From: Luteimonas sp.
Lineage (GTDB): Bacteria; Pseudomonadota; Gammaproteobacteria; Xanthomonadales; Xanthomonadaceae
Reading direction: 5' to 3'
DNA: 40,777 bases
Assembly (NCBI GenBank): GCA_035497155.1
Contig: DATJDY010000072.1
Location: 1 to 40,777, forward strand
A program made the position numbers and the translations under genes. The notes below the pieces were generated by a model. It was not told the DNA's origin. It saw only the letters and a program-made list of their open reading frames with translations, and did not search any database. Below, piece after piece: positions 18,851 through 26,742 of this stretch (position 1 is its first letter; every line of letters starts with the position of its first letter).

Positions 18851-19566
18851 CGGTCGTGCCGGAGGGAAGCCTGGCTTCCCTCCGGCGCTTTCCCATTGCC
18901 ATGGATTGGCAACCGATGCCGGAAACGCTCGAATCGTTGCTGCGGATGGCGCTGGCAGGGCCCGAAGCGCCAACACATCCGACCGCATTCGTCCTGCCCA
19001 CCACCGAACGCGTGCTGGACAGGGTCGTCGCCGCTGCGTCGGCGGGCGACCTCTGGGTGGCGGGCGCGGAAGTCGCGGGTGCCGCGGCGCCGGCGGCGAT
19101 CCTGGCCCGGCTGCGGGAAGGCGCCCGGCCTCGCGTGATCGTGCTGTTCGAAGACCAGCTTGCCGGACCGGCGCATGCAACGCTGCTGGTGCGGTGCGCG
19201 GAGCGCGATCTCCACGTCTCGCCGGCCGGTTTCATCCTCGCCGACGGATACGGTTATCGGCTTGCGGTCTGGGGCAGCGAACGCAATCGCCTCCTCGAGG
19301 GCGCCGAGTCCATCGAAGCCGTCGCCGGCGCGCTGGTGGCCCACCTGGACAGTTGCCGCCGACTGGGCGAGGACTGGTCCTGGCGGCATGCGCAATCGCA
19401 ACGCGAACCCGCATTCCGCGCGAACGCAGCAATGCGGAAGCTCCGCTACCTGCGGTCCTGCGTCGCGGACGTCTTCGCGGCGCAACCGGACAGCGCCGAG
19501 TGCGGCGACTTCATGGCGAGGATCGCAGCGCTCGAAGCGCGCATCCCGCGGGCGTGCGCATCGTGA
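18847..19566 (+). CDS. Hypothetical 239-aa protein, degenerate LpxL/LPLAT-like fold
   Basis: GTGA overlaps at both ends. ARLREG..VIVLFEDQ and C-terminal GEDWSWRH echo the LpxL-family blocks LKxGxxVxxxPDQ and PEQWxWxH; no recognisable catalytic His block. Confidence 0.6.
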   Translation: MTVVPEGSLASLRRFPIAMDWQPMPETLESLLRMALAGPEAPTHPTAFVLPTTERVLDRVVAAASAGDLWVAGAEVAGAAAPAAILARLREGARPRVIVLFEDQLAGPAHATLLVRCAERDLHVSPAGFILADGYGYRLAVWGSERNRLLEGAESIEAVAGALVAHLDSCRRLGEDWSWRHAQSQREPAFRANAAMRKLRYLRSCVADVFAAQPDSAECGDFMARIAALEARIPRACAS

Positions 19567-20561
19567 GCCGGCCGCACCTGCTGGCCGCGCTTGCCGCGCC
19601 GTTGAAGCTGCTGTCGGCGCGCTCCCGGCGCGTCGAGGACTGGCTCCACCTGCCGCTCACGGACGAGGACGCGCGCCTGCTGCGGGAGGCCTGCGCCGCC
19701 AGCGGCGCGCGCTTCGGACACTACTACCATTGGTACCTGCAGAAATCGCTGGTGGCCGGCGCGGTGCGCGGACTCGACGCAGGGAAGGCGGCCCGCCTCC
19801 TTGCGGCCTCCGACCGGACGGACTACGCGGCCGCAGCCGCCATCGCGGCCTCCGACACCGGCGTGCTGGTGGCGATCCCGCACCACGGGCATTACATCCT
19901 GGCGATGACCGCGCTCGCCCACGTCGTGGCCAGGCACCGCAAGGTGCTGGTGTTCTACGGCCAGCCCGCGACGCACAAGGGCAACGAAGCCTTCGACAAC
20001 CTCCACCGCATGCTCTGCTGCGACAGCGCCGCCGGGATCGAGGTCATCCACGACACGCGCCAGGGCCTGGCCCGTGCGATCCGGGCGCTCAAGGCGGGCG
20101 AGGTGGTCTTCATCATGCCGGACGCGTTCCGCGACGAGGACGCGACGATGATGGTGCCGTTCTGCGGGAAGCTGACCAACGTGATGCTCGGCACCGCGGT
20201 CCTGGCACGCAAGACCGGCGCGTGGATCCTGCCGGCGGTCGCCACGCCCGGCGGGCACCTCGGATTCAGGACCTGCTTCGGTGCGCGCATCGATCATCCC
20301 TGGCCCCATGCCGGCGTCGCGTCGGCAGAGGCGACGAAAGTCATGGATTACGCAGTGACGCGGGCGATCTTCGTCGCTTTCGAAAAGTGCATGTCGGGCC
20401 AGCTGCTCTACTGGCAACACGTGCGCCAGCACCTCGCGGTCGGCGCGACGGCGCGCCTGGCCGGCGCCGGCGAGCTGGAAACGCTGGTCGGCGCGATCGA
20501 AAGGGATCCTTCCCTGGGCGCCCCCGGCCATGTCGTCGACCTGCGGGTGGCGGCTCGATGA
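19563..20561 (+). CDS. LpxL/HtrB-like lysophospholipid acyltransferase superfamily protein (332 aa), divergent
   Basis: GVLVAIPHHGHY (block I), IRALKAGEVVFIMPD (block III), VPFCG...GTAVLARKTGAWILP (block IV). GTG start overlaps the upstream stop. Confidence 0.8.
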   Translation: MSRPHLLAALAAPLKLLSARSRRVEDWLHLPLTDEDARLLREACAASGARFGHYYHWYLQKSLVAGAVRGLDAGKAARLLAASDRTDYAAAAAIAASDTGVLVAIPHHGHYILAMTALAHVVARHRKVLVFYGQPATHKGNEAFDNLHRMLCCDSAAGIEVIHDTRQGLARAIRALKAGEVVFIMPDAFRDEDATMMVPFCGKLTNVMLGTAVLARKTGAWILPAVATPGGHLGFRTCFGARIDHPWPHAGVASAEATKVMDYAVTRAIFVAFEKCMSGQLLYWQHVRQHLAVGATARLAGAGELETLVGAIERDPSLGAPGHVVDLRVAAR

Positions 20562-20562
20562 C

Positions 20563-21129
20563 TCAGCCGTCGCAACGATAGCGTTCCATCGATTTGCGGA
20601 TCGCGGCCTCGCTGTTCGGCGACCGCCGGAGCGCGCTGCGCAGTTCGCCGCAGGCGCGCGCCTGCGCCATCCGTTGCAGCGTGCCCGCGAGCGAGCGGTC
20701 CGCGATCGCGAAGTGGATGCGTTCCGGACGATCCAGCGCGTCGCGATCCGCCCGGCGCAGCGGATCGTCGGGGATGCGGATGGCCGTCGCCGGCAGGTCC
20801 AGTTGCAATGGGTGCCCGGTGTCCACGGCGTCTTCCGCGGCCCGGCGCGATGGCAGAGTGGGCGCAGGCGCCGGCGCGCCGTCAGCCACCCTGGCGGGCG
20901 CCGGACGGCGCCGGCGGTGGCGCGCATCGGCGCTTGCCGGCGGCGGCGCGGCTTCCTTCGCCTTCTCGATGAAGTCGACCACGACGACCTGCTCCGCCGC
21001 GTCGGGTCCGCCGCGTTGCGCCGGATTCGACAGCAGGGCGAGCGCGACGCAGCCGTGGAACAGCACGACCGCGGCCACGCCGGCCAGGCGGGCGGGCGCG
21101 CCTTCCCGTGCATCGCGGCGCGCGACCAT
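20563..21129 (-). CDS. Hypothetical membrane-anchored protein with a TonB-like N-terminus
   Basis: One N-terminal TM containing His (VAAVVLFHGCVALALL), then VVVVDFIE, a Pro/Ala/Arg linker and a small C-terminal domain with two Cys. ATG overlaps the upstream stop (TGATG). Confidence 0.65.
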   Translation of the reverse strand: MVARRDAREGAPARLAGVAAVVLFHGCVALALLSNPAQRGGPDAAEQVVVVDFIEKAKEAAPPPASADARHRRRRPAPARVADGAPAPAPTLPSRRAAEDAVDTGHPLQLDLPATAIRIPDDPLRRADRDALDRPERIHFAIADRSLAGTLQRMAQARACGELRSALRRSPNSEAAIRKSMERYRCDG

Positions 21130-22151
21130 CAGGGGGCCTCGATGCTGTATCCCTTCGCGCGCAGCGCCGCAAGGTAGCTGTCCGGGCCGGCCAGGTTTTC
21201 CATCGGGACGAAGGCGACGGTGGTTTCATTGTCGCGCAGCGCCGCTTCCGCCTCCTTGAGCCAGAGGCCCGCAATGCTCGCGTTGATGTTGGGGAGCCCG
21301 TACTTCTTCGCGAAGTCGGCGTCGGTGAGCGCGTCCGCGCACAGCCTGGTGCGCGTGGCCAGCCGTTCGAAATCGATCCGGTCGGTGGCGCCCGTGGCCC
21401 ATGCATTGGCGTTGGTGATCATGCGCGGGATGTCGCGTTCGATGGCGTCCAGCGTCGCGGCGAGGCATTGCGCGTCGTTCAGCCGGATGCGGCGCACGTC
21501 GGCCAGCGCCGCCTTCGCGGCGTCGCTGGAGACCTTCACCTCGAACTGCGGGAAGTTGCTTCGCACGCCGTTCGACTTGATGGTCTCCTCGAGCGCCGGG
21601 TAGACGACCGGATCGCGCGACAGGCGCGCCTTGCGGATCGCGGCCTCGAGCAGCGCATCGGCGGCGACGACGGGACGCTTGCGCTCGATCGACCGGTCGC
21701 CGGGCAGGTAACGCGACTTCGCCGCCACCCAGCGCGCGTAGAGCGCAGGGTCCAGCACGTCGCGCAGCGTGGCGCCGTCGGGATTGTCCTTGGCCCGGTA
21801 CATGCGGTAGCCGAGCAGCGCCATCTGGAACAGGTTGGCATCGACATCGACGCTGTAGCCCGGCGCCCAGAGTACTTCCTGCGAATCGGCGACGAGATCC
21901 CTGACGCTCGCCGAGTCCCATTCCATGTCCTTGGGCAGGGGCGACAGCGTGGCCATGATCCAGAGGCTGTGGTCTTCGTCCCTGTACACGCGCCACAGGC
22001 CGGGGCCCGACACCTTGCCCGAAACGACCACCGTGTCGAGCGTGCGGAGGGGAGCGTTGCCGGAAACGTTTGCAGGCTGCGCCTGCGCCAGGCAATCAGG
22101 GGAAAGACAGGCGGCGACCAGCAGCGCCGCCGCAAGGCGAATGCTTTTCAA
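21129..22151 (-). CDS. Secreted TraB/GumN-family protein
   Basis: Signal peptide ending AQA, PGLWRV...LWIMATLSPLPKDM, ANAWATG, C-terminal YLAALRAKGYSIEAP. TTG start. Confidence 0.8.
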   Translation of the reverse strand: MKSIRLAAALLVAACLSPDCLAQAQPANVSGNAPLRTLDTVVVSGKVSGPGLWRVYRDEDHSLWIMATLSPLPKDMEWDSASVRDLVADSQEVLWAPGYSVDVDANLFQMALLGYRMYRAKDNPDGATLRDVLDPALYARWVAAKSRYLPGDRSIERKRPVVAADALLEAAIRKARLSRDPVVYPALEETIKSNGVRSNFPQFEVKVSSDAAKAALADVRRIRLNDAQCLAATLDAIERDIPRMITNANAWATGATDRIDFERLATRTRLCADALTDADFAKKYGLPNINASIAGLWLKEAEAALRDNETTVAFVPMENLAGPDSYLAALRAKGYSIEAP

Positions 22152-22212
22152 GTGGAATGACCGTTGCGTCCATGCGACGGCCGGATTGTAGCAGCGCGTG
22201 CCGCGTGCGCGG

Positions 22213-23058
22213 CTAGCGGCGGCCGGGCGGGTTCGCGGGCACGTCGCGCCCGGCGACCTGCACGATGCGCAATTCGTCGGTATCGAGCTGCAGCGCGGTG
22301 AGCTTGCCGCCCCAGACCGCGCCGGTGTCGATCGCGTGCACGCCGTGGCCGATGAACAATCCCAGCGCCGACCAGTGGCCGCACACGATCTTCAGGTCGC
22401 GCGTCGCGCGCCCCGGCACCGCGTACCACGGGTACAGGCCCGGTTGCTGCGTGCCCGGCGTGCCTTTCTCGTCGAAGGCGATGCGGCCGCGCGGCGTGCA
22501 GTAGCGCAGGCGCGTGAACACGTTGATGATCGCGCGGTCGCGTTCCATGCCGGTGAGGCCGGGCGACCACGCCGGTTTGTCGCCGTACATGTTCTTCAGC
22601 AGCTTGCGGTAGCCATCGCCGCGCAGCTTCTGCTCGATTTCGCCCGCATGCTTCAGCGCCAGCGTGGTGGTCCACTTCGGCGCGAGGCCGGCATGCACCA
22701 TCATCCAGCCCAGGTCGCGGTCGGCGTGGACCAGGGGCTGCGCGCGCAACCAGTCGACCAGCTCGCGCGCGTCGGGCGCGAACAGCACGCCCTGCAGGTC
22801 CGGGTTGACCTTGCGCTGGTCGTCGGGGCTGCGTTCGGCGATGGCCAGCAGCGACAGGTCATGGTTGCCGAGCACGCTCACGCACTGGCCGCGCAGCGAA
22901 TGCACCAGGCGCAGCGTTTCCAGCGACTCGCCGCCACGGTTCACCAGGTCGCCGCAGAACCAGAGCCGGTCGGACGCCGGGTCGAAGCGGATCTTTTCCA
23001 GCAGGCGCTGCGTGGGGCCGTAACAGCCCTGCAGGTCGCCGATCGCCCAGGTCGCCAT
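22213..23058 (-). CDS. apaH: Symmetrical bis(5'-nucleosyl)-tetraphosphatase
   Basis: IGDLQGC, GDLVNRG, LGNHD, VHAG, GHWSALG, DTGAVWGG. Confidence 0.96.
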   Translation of the reverse strand: MATWAIGDLQGCYGPTQRLLEKIRFDPASDRLWFCGDLVNRGGESLETLRLVHSLRGQCVSVLGNHDLSLLAIAERSPDDQRKVNPDLQGVLFAPDARELVDWLRAQPLVHADRDLGWMMVHAGLAPKWTTTLALKHAGEIEQKLRGDGYRKLLKNMYGDKPAWSPGLTGMERDRAIINVFTRLRYCTPRGRIAFDEKGTPGTQQPGLYPWYAVPGRATRDLKIVCGHWSALGLFIGHGVHAIDTGAVWGGKLTALQLDTDELRIVQVAGRDVPANPPGRR

Positions 23059-23071
23059 GCGCGCGCCGGCC

Positions 23072-23461
23072 TCAGTGCAGCGTGCGCGGCACGGACAGGA
23101 CGAACGCCGGGATCACCGCTTCGAAGCGCGTGCCGTCGTCGGCCACCAGCGCGTAGCTGCCCTGCATCGTGCCCTGCTGCGTTTCCAGCACCGCGCCCGA
23201 GGTGTAGGTGAAGTCGTCGCCTGGCCGCAGCCACGGCTGCTCGCCGACCACGCCTTCGCCTTCGACTTCCTCGACCTTGCCGTTGGCGTCGGTGATCACC
23301 CAGTGCCGCCCGAGCAGGCGCGCCGGCACCGCGCCGGTGTTGCGGATGTGGATGGTGTACGCGAAGACGTAACGGTCGCGCTCCGGCTCCGACTGGTCGT
23401 CGAGGTAGCGGGTGGCGACGTCGATGCCCAGGGCGTACTCGTCGTCTCGATCATGTTCCAT
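23072..23461 (-). CDS. apaG: ApaG protein
   Basis: [43 protein letters not shown]. Confidence 0.95.
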   Translation of the reverse strand: MEHDRDDEYALGIDVATRYLDDQSEPERDRYVFAYTIHIRNTGAVPARLLGRHWVITDANGKVEEVEGEGVVGEQPWLRPGDDFTYTSGAVLETQQGTMQGSYALVADDGTRFEAVIPAFVLSVPRTLH

Positions 23462-23493
23462 GGGCACAGTGTAAGCGCCCGGCGTGAACGCGA

Positions 23494-24399
23494 CTAACCC
23501 GATGGCGACAACCCGGTAGCGGGCAGGTTCGCCAGCCGCACGAAGCCGTCCACCGGCACCTGTTCGGCGCGCGCGTCGGGGGGCAGGCCGGCGGCTTCGA
23601 TGGCGGCGGCGTCCATCAGGCTGCCGAGCGCGTTGCGCAGGGTCTTGCGGCGCTGGCCGAAGGCGGCGCGCACCACCGCGGCGAAGCGTGCGCGATCGAC
23701 GATGCCGGCTTCGCCCGCGGGGCGCGGCACCAGCCGCACCACCGCCGAATCCACCTTCGGCGCGGGCCGGAACGCACCGGGCGCGACCTTGAACAACGGG
23801 GTCACCGCGCATTCCGCCTGCAGCATCACGCTGAGCCGGCCGTAGACCTTGCTGCCGGGGCCGGCGGCCATGCGGTCGACGACTTCCTTCTGCAGCATGA
23901 AGTGCATGTCGCGGATCGCGGCGGCGTGGTCGAGCGCATGGAACAGGATCGGCGACGACAGGTTGTAGGGCAGGTTGCCGACCAGGCGCAGCCTGTGGTC
24001 GGCGCGATCGCCGGGATCGCCGGGATCGCCGTCGCCCGCGGCCGCGAGCGCGGTGAAATCCACGTCCAGCACGTCGGCGTGCACCAGCGTGAGAGTGCCG
24101 TGGGATTGCGCGGCCGCGGCGAGCGGCTCGAGCAGGTCGCGGTCGAATTCGATCGCGGTGAGCGCGCCGTGGCGGTCCAGCATCGGCAGGGTGAGCGCGC
24201 CCTGGCCGGGGCCGATCTCGACGATGCGGTCGCCGGGCTTCGGATCGACGGCCAGCAGGATCTTCTCGATCACGCCGCGTTCGTGCAGGAAGTTCTGGCC
24301 GAGCGACTTCTTGGCGTCGCGGCGGAAGCCGCCGGCGTCGCGGTCGTCGCCGCGACCGCGGCTGGGCGCGTGGTGGCCGTCGCGCGGCGCGCGGCTCAC
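23494..24399 (-). CDS. rsmA: 16S rRNA m6,2A1518/A1519 dimethyltransferase KsgA
   Basis: [51 protein letters not shown] start overlapping the pdxA stop is assumed. Confidence 0.95.
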   Translation of the reverse strand: MSRAPRDGHHAPSRGRGDDRDAGGFRRDAKKSLGQNFLHERGVIEKILLAVDPKPGDRIVEIGPGQGALTLPMLDRHGALTAIEFDRDLLEPLAAAAQSHGTLTLVHADVLDVDFTALAAAGDGDPGDPGDRADHRLRLVGNLPYNLSSPILFHALDHAAAIRDMHFMLQKEVVDRMAAGPGSKVYGRLSVMLQAECAVTPLFKVAPGAFRPAPKVDSAVVRLVPRPAGEAGIVDRARFAAVVRAAFGQRRKTLRNALGSLMDAAAIEAAGLPPDARAEQVPVDGFVRLANLPATGLSPSG

Positions 24400-25370
24400 G
24401 CGCGCCTCCGCGCCGCTGCGAGGCGCGTGCATTGCGCGATCGCCGCGAACAGGCTCGAAGGATCGGCCGCGCCCGTGCCGGCGATGTCCAGCGCGGTGCC
24501 GTGGTCCACGGCGACGCGCGGGTAGGGCAGGCCGAGGGTGAGGTTCACCGCCTGCTCGAAGCCGCAGTACTTGAGCACGGGCAGGCCCTGGTCGTGGTAC
24601 ATCGCCAGCACCGCGTCGACTTCGGCCAGCTTCGCGGGCAGGAATGCCGTGTCGGCGGGCACCGGGCCGGCGAGGTCCATGCCTTCGGCGCGTGCCAGCG
24701 CCAGCGCCGGGATGATGGTGTCGAGCTCCTCGCGGCCGAGGTGCCCGTCCTCGCCGGCGTGCGGGTTCAGGCCGAGCACCGCGATGCGCGGCGCCGCGAT
24801 GCCGAAGTCGTCGCGCAGCGATGCGTGGAGGATGCGCAGCGTGCGCAGCAGGCCGTCGCGGGTGAGCGCATCGGGCACGTCGCGCAGCGGCAGGTGGGTG
24901 GTGGCGAGCGCGACGCGCACGATGTCGTTGGCGAGCATCATCACCACCTCGCGCCCCGCCTGCGCCGCGAGCAGGCCGGTGGTGCCGGTGTAGGCGATGC
25001 CGCCGTCGTTGATCGCGGCCTTGTGCACCGGTCCGGTGACTAGGCCGTCGAGTTCGCCGTCCAGGCAGGCGCGGCCGGCGCGTTCGAGCGCGGCGATGGT
25101 GCTGGCGGCGTTGGCCGCGTCGGGATGCCCGAACGCGGTGGCGCGCGGCGCGGCGATGTCGACGATCGGCAGCACGCCGGGCGAGGCGACGGTGCCGGGG
25201 CTGGCGAGGGCCAGCGGCAGGGCGAGCGCATCGGCCGCGGCGCGCAGGCTGCGCGCGTCGCCGAAGGCGACGAGGTCGGCGTCCCACGCGCGCTGCGCGG
25301 CGCGGACGCACAGTTCCGGGCCGACGCCGGCCGGCTCGCCCGGAACCAGCGCCAGCCGCGGTCGCGGCAT
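24396..25370 (-). CDS. pdxA: 4-hydroxythreonine-4-phosphate dehydrogenase
   Basis: [46 protein letters not shown]. Confidence 0.95.
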   Translation of the reverse strand: MPRPRLALVPGEPAGVGPELCVRAAQRAWDADLVAFGDARSLRAAADALALPLALASPGTVASPGVLPIVDIAAPRATAFGHPDAANAASTIAALERAGRACLDGELDGLVTGPVHKAAINDGGIAYTGTTGLLAAQAGREVVMMLANDIVRVALATTHLPLRDVPDALTRDGLLRTLRILHASLRDDFGIAAPRIAVLGLNPHAGEDGHLGREELDTIIPALALARAEGMDLAGPVPADTAFLPAKLAEVDAVLAMYHDQGLPVLKYCGFEQAVNLTLGLPYPRVAVDHGTALDIAGTGAADPSSLFAAIAQCTRLAAARRRA

Positions 25371-25371
25371 C

Positions 25372-26742
25372 TCAGCCGCCGCTGGCGGGTGCCGCGGGCT
25401 GCGGCGCGGGAGCGACAGGGGCCACAGGCGCTGCGGCAGGCGCCGTGTTCGCGTTGTCGCCGAGCCGGATGTCGACGTAGGCTTCGCCGCGCAGTTCGCG
25501 CAGGAAGCGATCCCACTGTTCCTCCAGCTTGCGCTGGCCGATCGCCTCGCGCACCTGCTGGCGGCGCGTGTCGTCGGCGGCCACGGCCTGGCGCGAGCCT
25601 TCGCGCTGCACGATTTCCCAGCCCGCTTCGGTCTTGAACGGTGCGGACACCTGGCCGTCCTGCAGCGCCGCGACCTGCGCGCCGAAATCGACGCCGTGCG
25701 CGTCGCGCGCGAACCAGCCGAGTTCGCCGCCGCTGATCTTCGTGGCCGTGTCGTCCGAATTCTCGCGCGCGACCGTCGCGAAATCGGCGCCGCCGGCGAT
25801 GCGCGCGCGCAGCGTCTCGAGCTTCGCCTTGGCCGCGGCCTCGTCGCCCTTGACCAGGATGTGGCGCGCCTTCAGTTCGGTGACGGTACCCGTGGCGGCG
25901 TCCGCGGCGCGCGTTTCCACCAGTTCCAGCAGCTGGAAGCCGCTCGGGCCGCGGATCGGGCCGACGACCTGGCCGGGCTGCATGCCGGTGATGACCTGGC
26001 CGAACGAAGGCGGCACCTCGTCGAGGCTGCGCCAGCCCAGGTCACCGCCGTCGAGTGCGTTGGGGCTGTCCGAATAGCGCACCGCGGCCGCGGCGAAGTC
26101 GATCTCGTGGCGATCGAGCGAATCCTTGATGCCCTGCACCTTCGTCTGCGCCGACGCGATCTGGTCGGCGGTGGCGCCGTCGGGCACGCCGACGAGGATG
26201 TGCGCCAGGTGGTACTGGGTGGCCCCGGCCTGGCTCGACAGCGACGCGTCGACTTCGCCCTCGCTGACCGTGATGCGGCCCTGCGCGAAGGTCTGGCGCA
26301 GGCGCTGCGAGGTGATTTCGTCCCGCACCGATGCGCGCAGGTCCGCCATCGTCATGCCGTCGTGGGCGAGCTGCGCACCGAGCTGGTCCAGCGTCATGTG
26401 GTTCTGCTGGGCGATGCCGCCGATGGCGCTGTCGAGTTCGGAGTCGCCGGCGGTGATGCCCATGGTCCCGGCGCGCGCGACCTGCAGGCGCTGCAGCACC
26501 AGGCGCTCCAGCACCTGCCGCTCGAGGATGTCGCGCGGCGGCAGCTGCTCGCTGCGGCCGGCGTACTGCCGGTCGATGTTGTTCAGGGCACGGTCGAGTT
26601 CCGAACGCAGGATCACGTCCTCGTCGACGACCGCGACGATGCGGTCCAGCGGTTGCAGTTGCTGTGCGGCGGCGGGCTGGGTGCCGGCGAGCGCGGCGAA
26701 GCCGGCGACGGCGGCGAGGAGGCAGGCAGCGAGTCGGGTCAT
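25372..26742 (-). CDS. surA: Periplasmic chaperone/parvulin PPIase SurA
   Basis: Signal peptide, LDRIVAVV, two parvulin domains (HIL...GGDLGW; ARHIL...GGELGW); lies between lptD and pdxA. Confidence 0.93.
   Translation of the reverse strand: MTRLAACLLAAVAGFAALAGTQPAAAQQLQPLDRIVAVVDEDVILRSELDRALNNIDRQYAGRSEQLPPRDILERQVLERLVLQRLQVARAGTMGITAGDSELDSAIGGIAQQNHMTLDQLGAQLAHDGMTMADLRASVRDEITSQRLRQTFAQGRITVSEGEVDASLSSQAGATQYHLAHILVGVPDGATADQIASAQTKVQGIKDSLDRHEIDFAAAAVRYSDSPNALDGGDLGWRSLDEVPPSFGQVITGMQPGQVVGPIRGPSGFQLLELVETRAADAATGTVTELKARHILVKGDEAAAKAKLETLRARIAGGADFATVARENSDDTATKISGGELGWFARDAHGVDFGAQVAALQDGQVSAPFKTEAGWEIVQREGSRQAVAADDTRRQQVREAIGQRKLEEQWDRFLRELRGEAYVDIRLGDNANTAPAAAPVAPVAPAPQPAAPASGG

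Noticed and set aside
18906-19562. 551-aa version of the acyltransferase shown in the ORF track
   Set aside because: The N-terminal ~219 aa are low-complexity and overlap the 239-aa gene; the GTG at 19563 with a GTGA overlap is the more plausible start.
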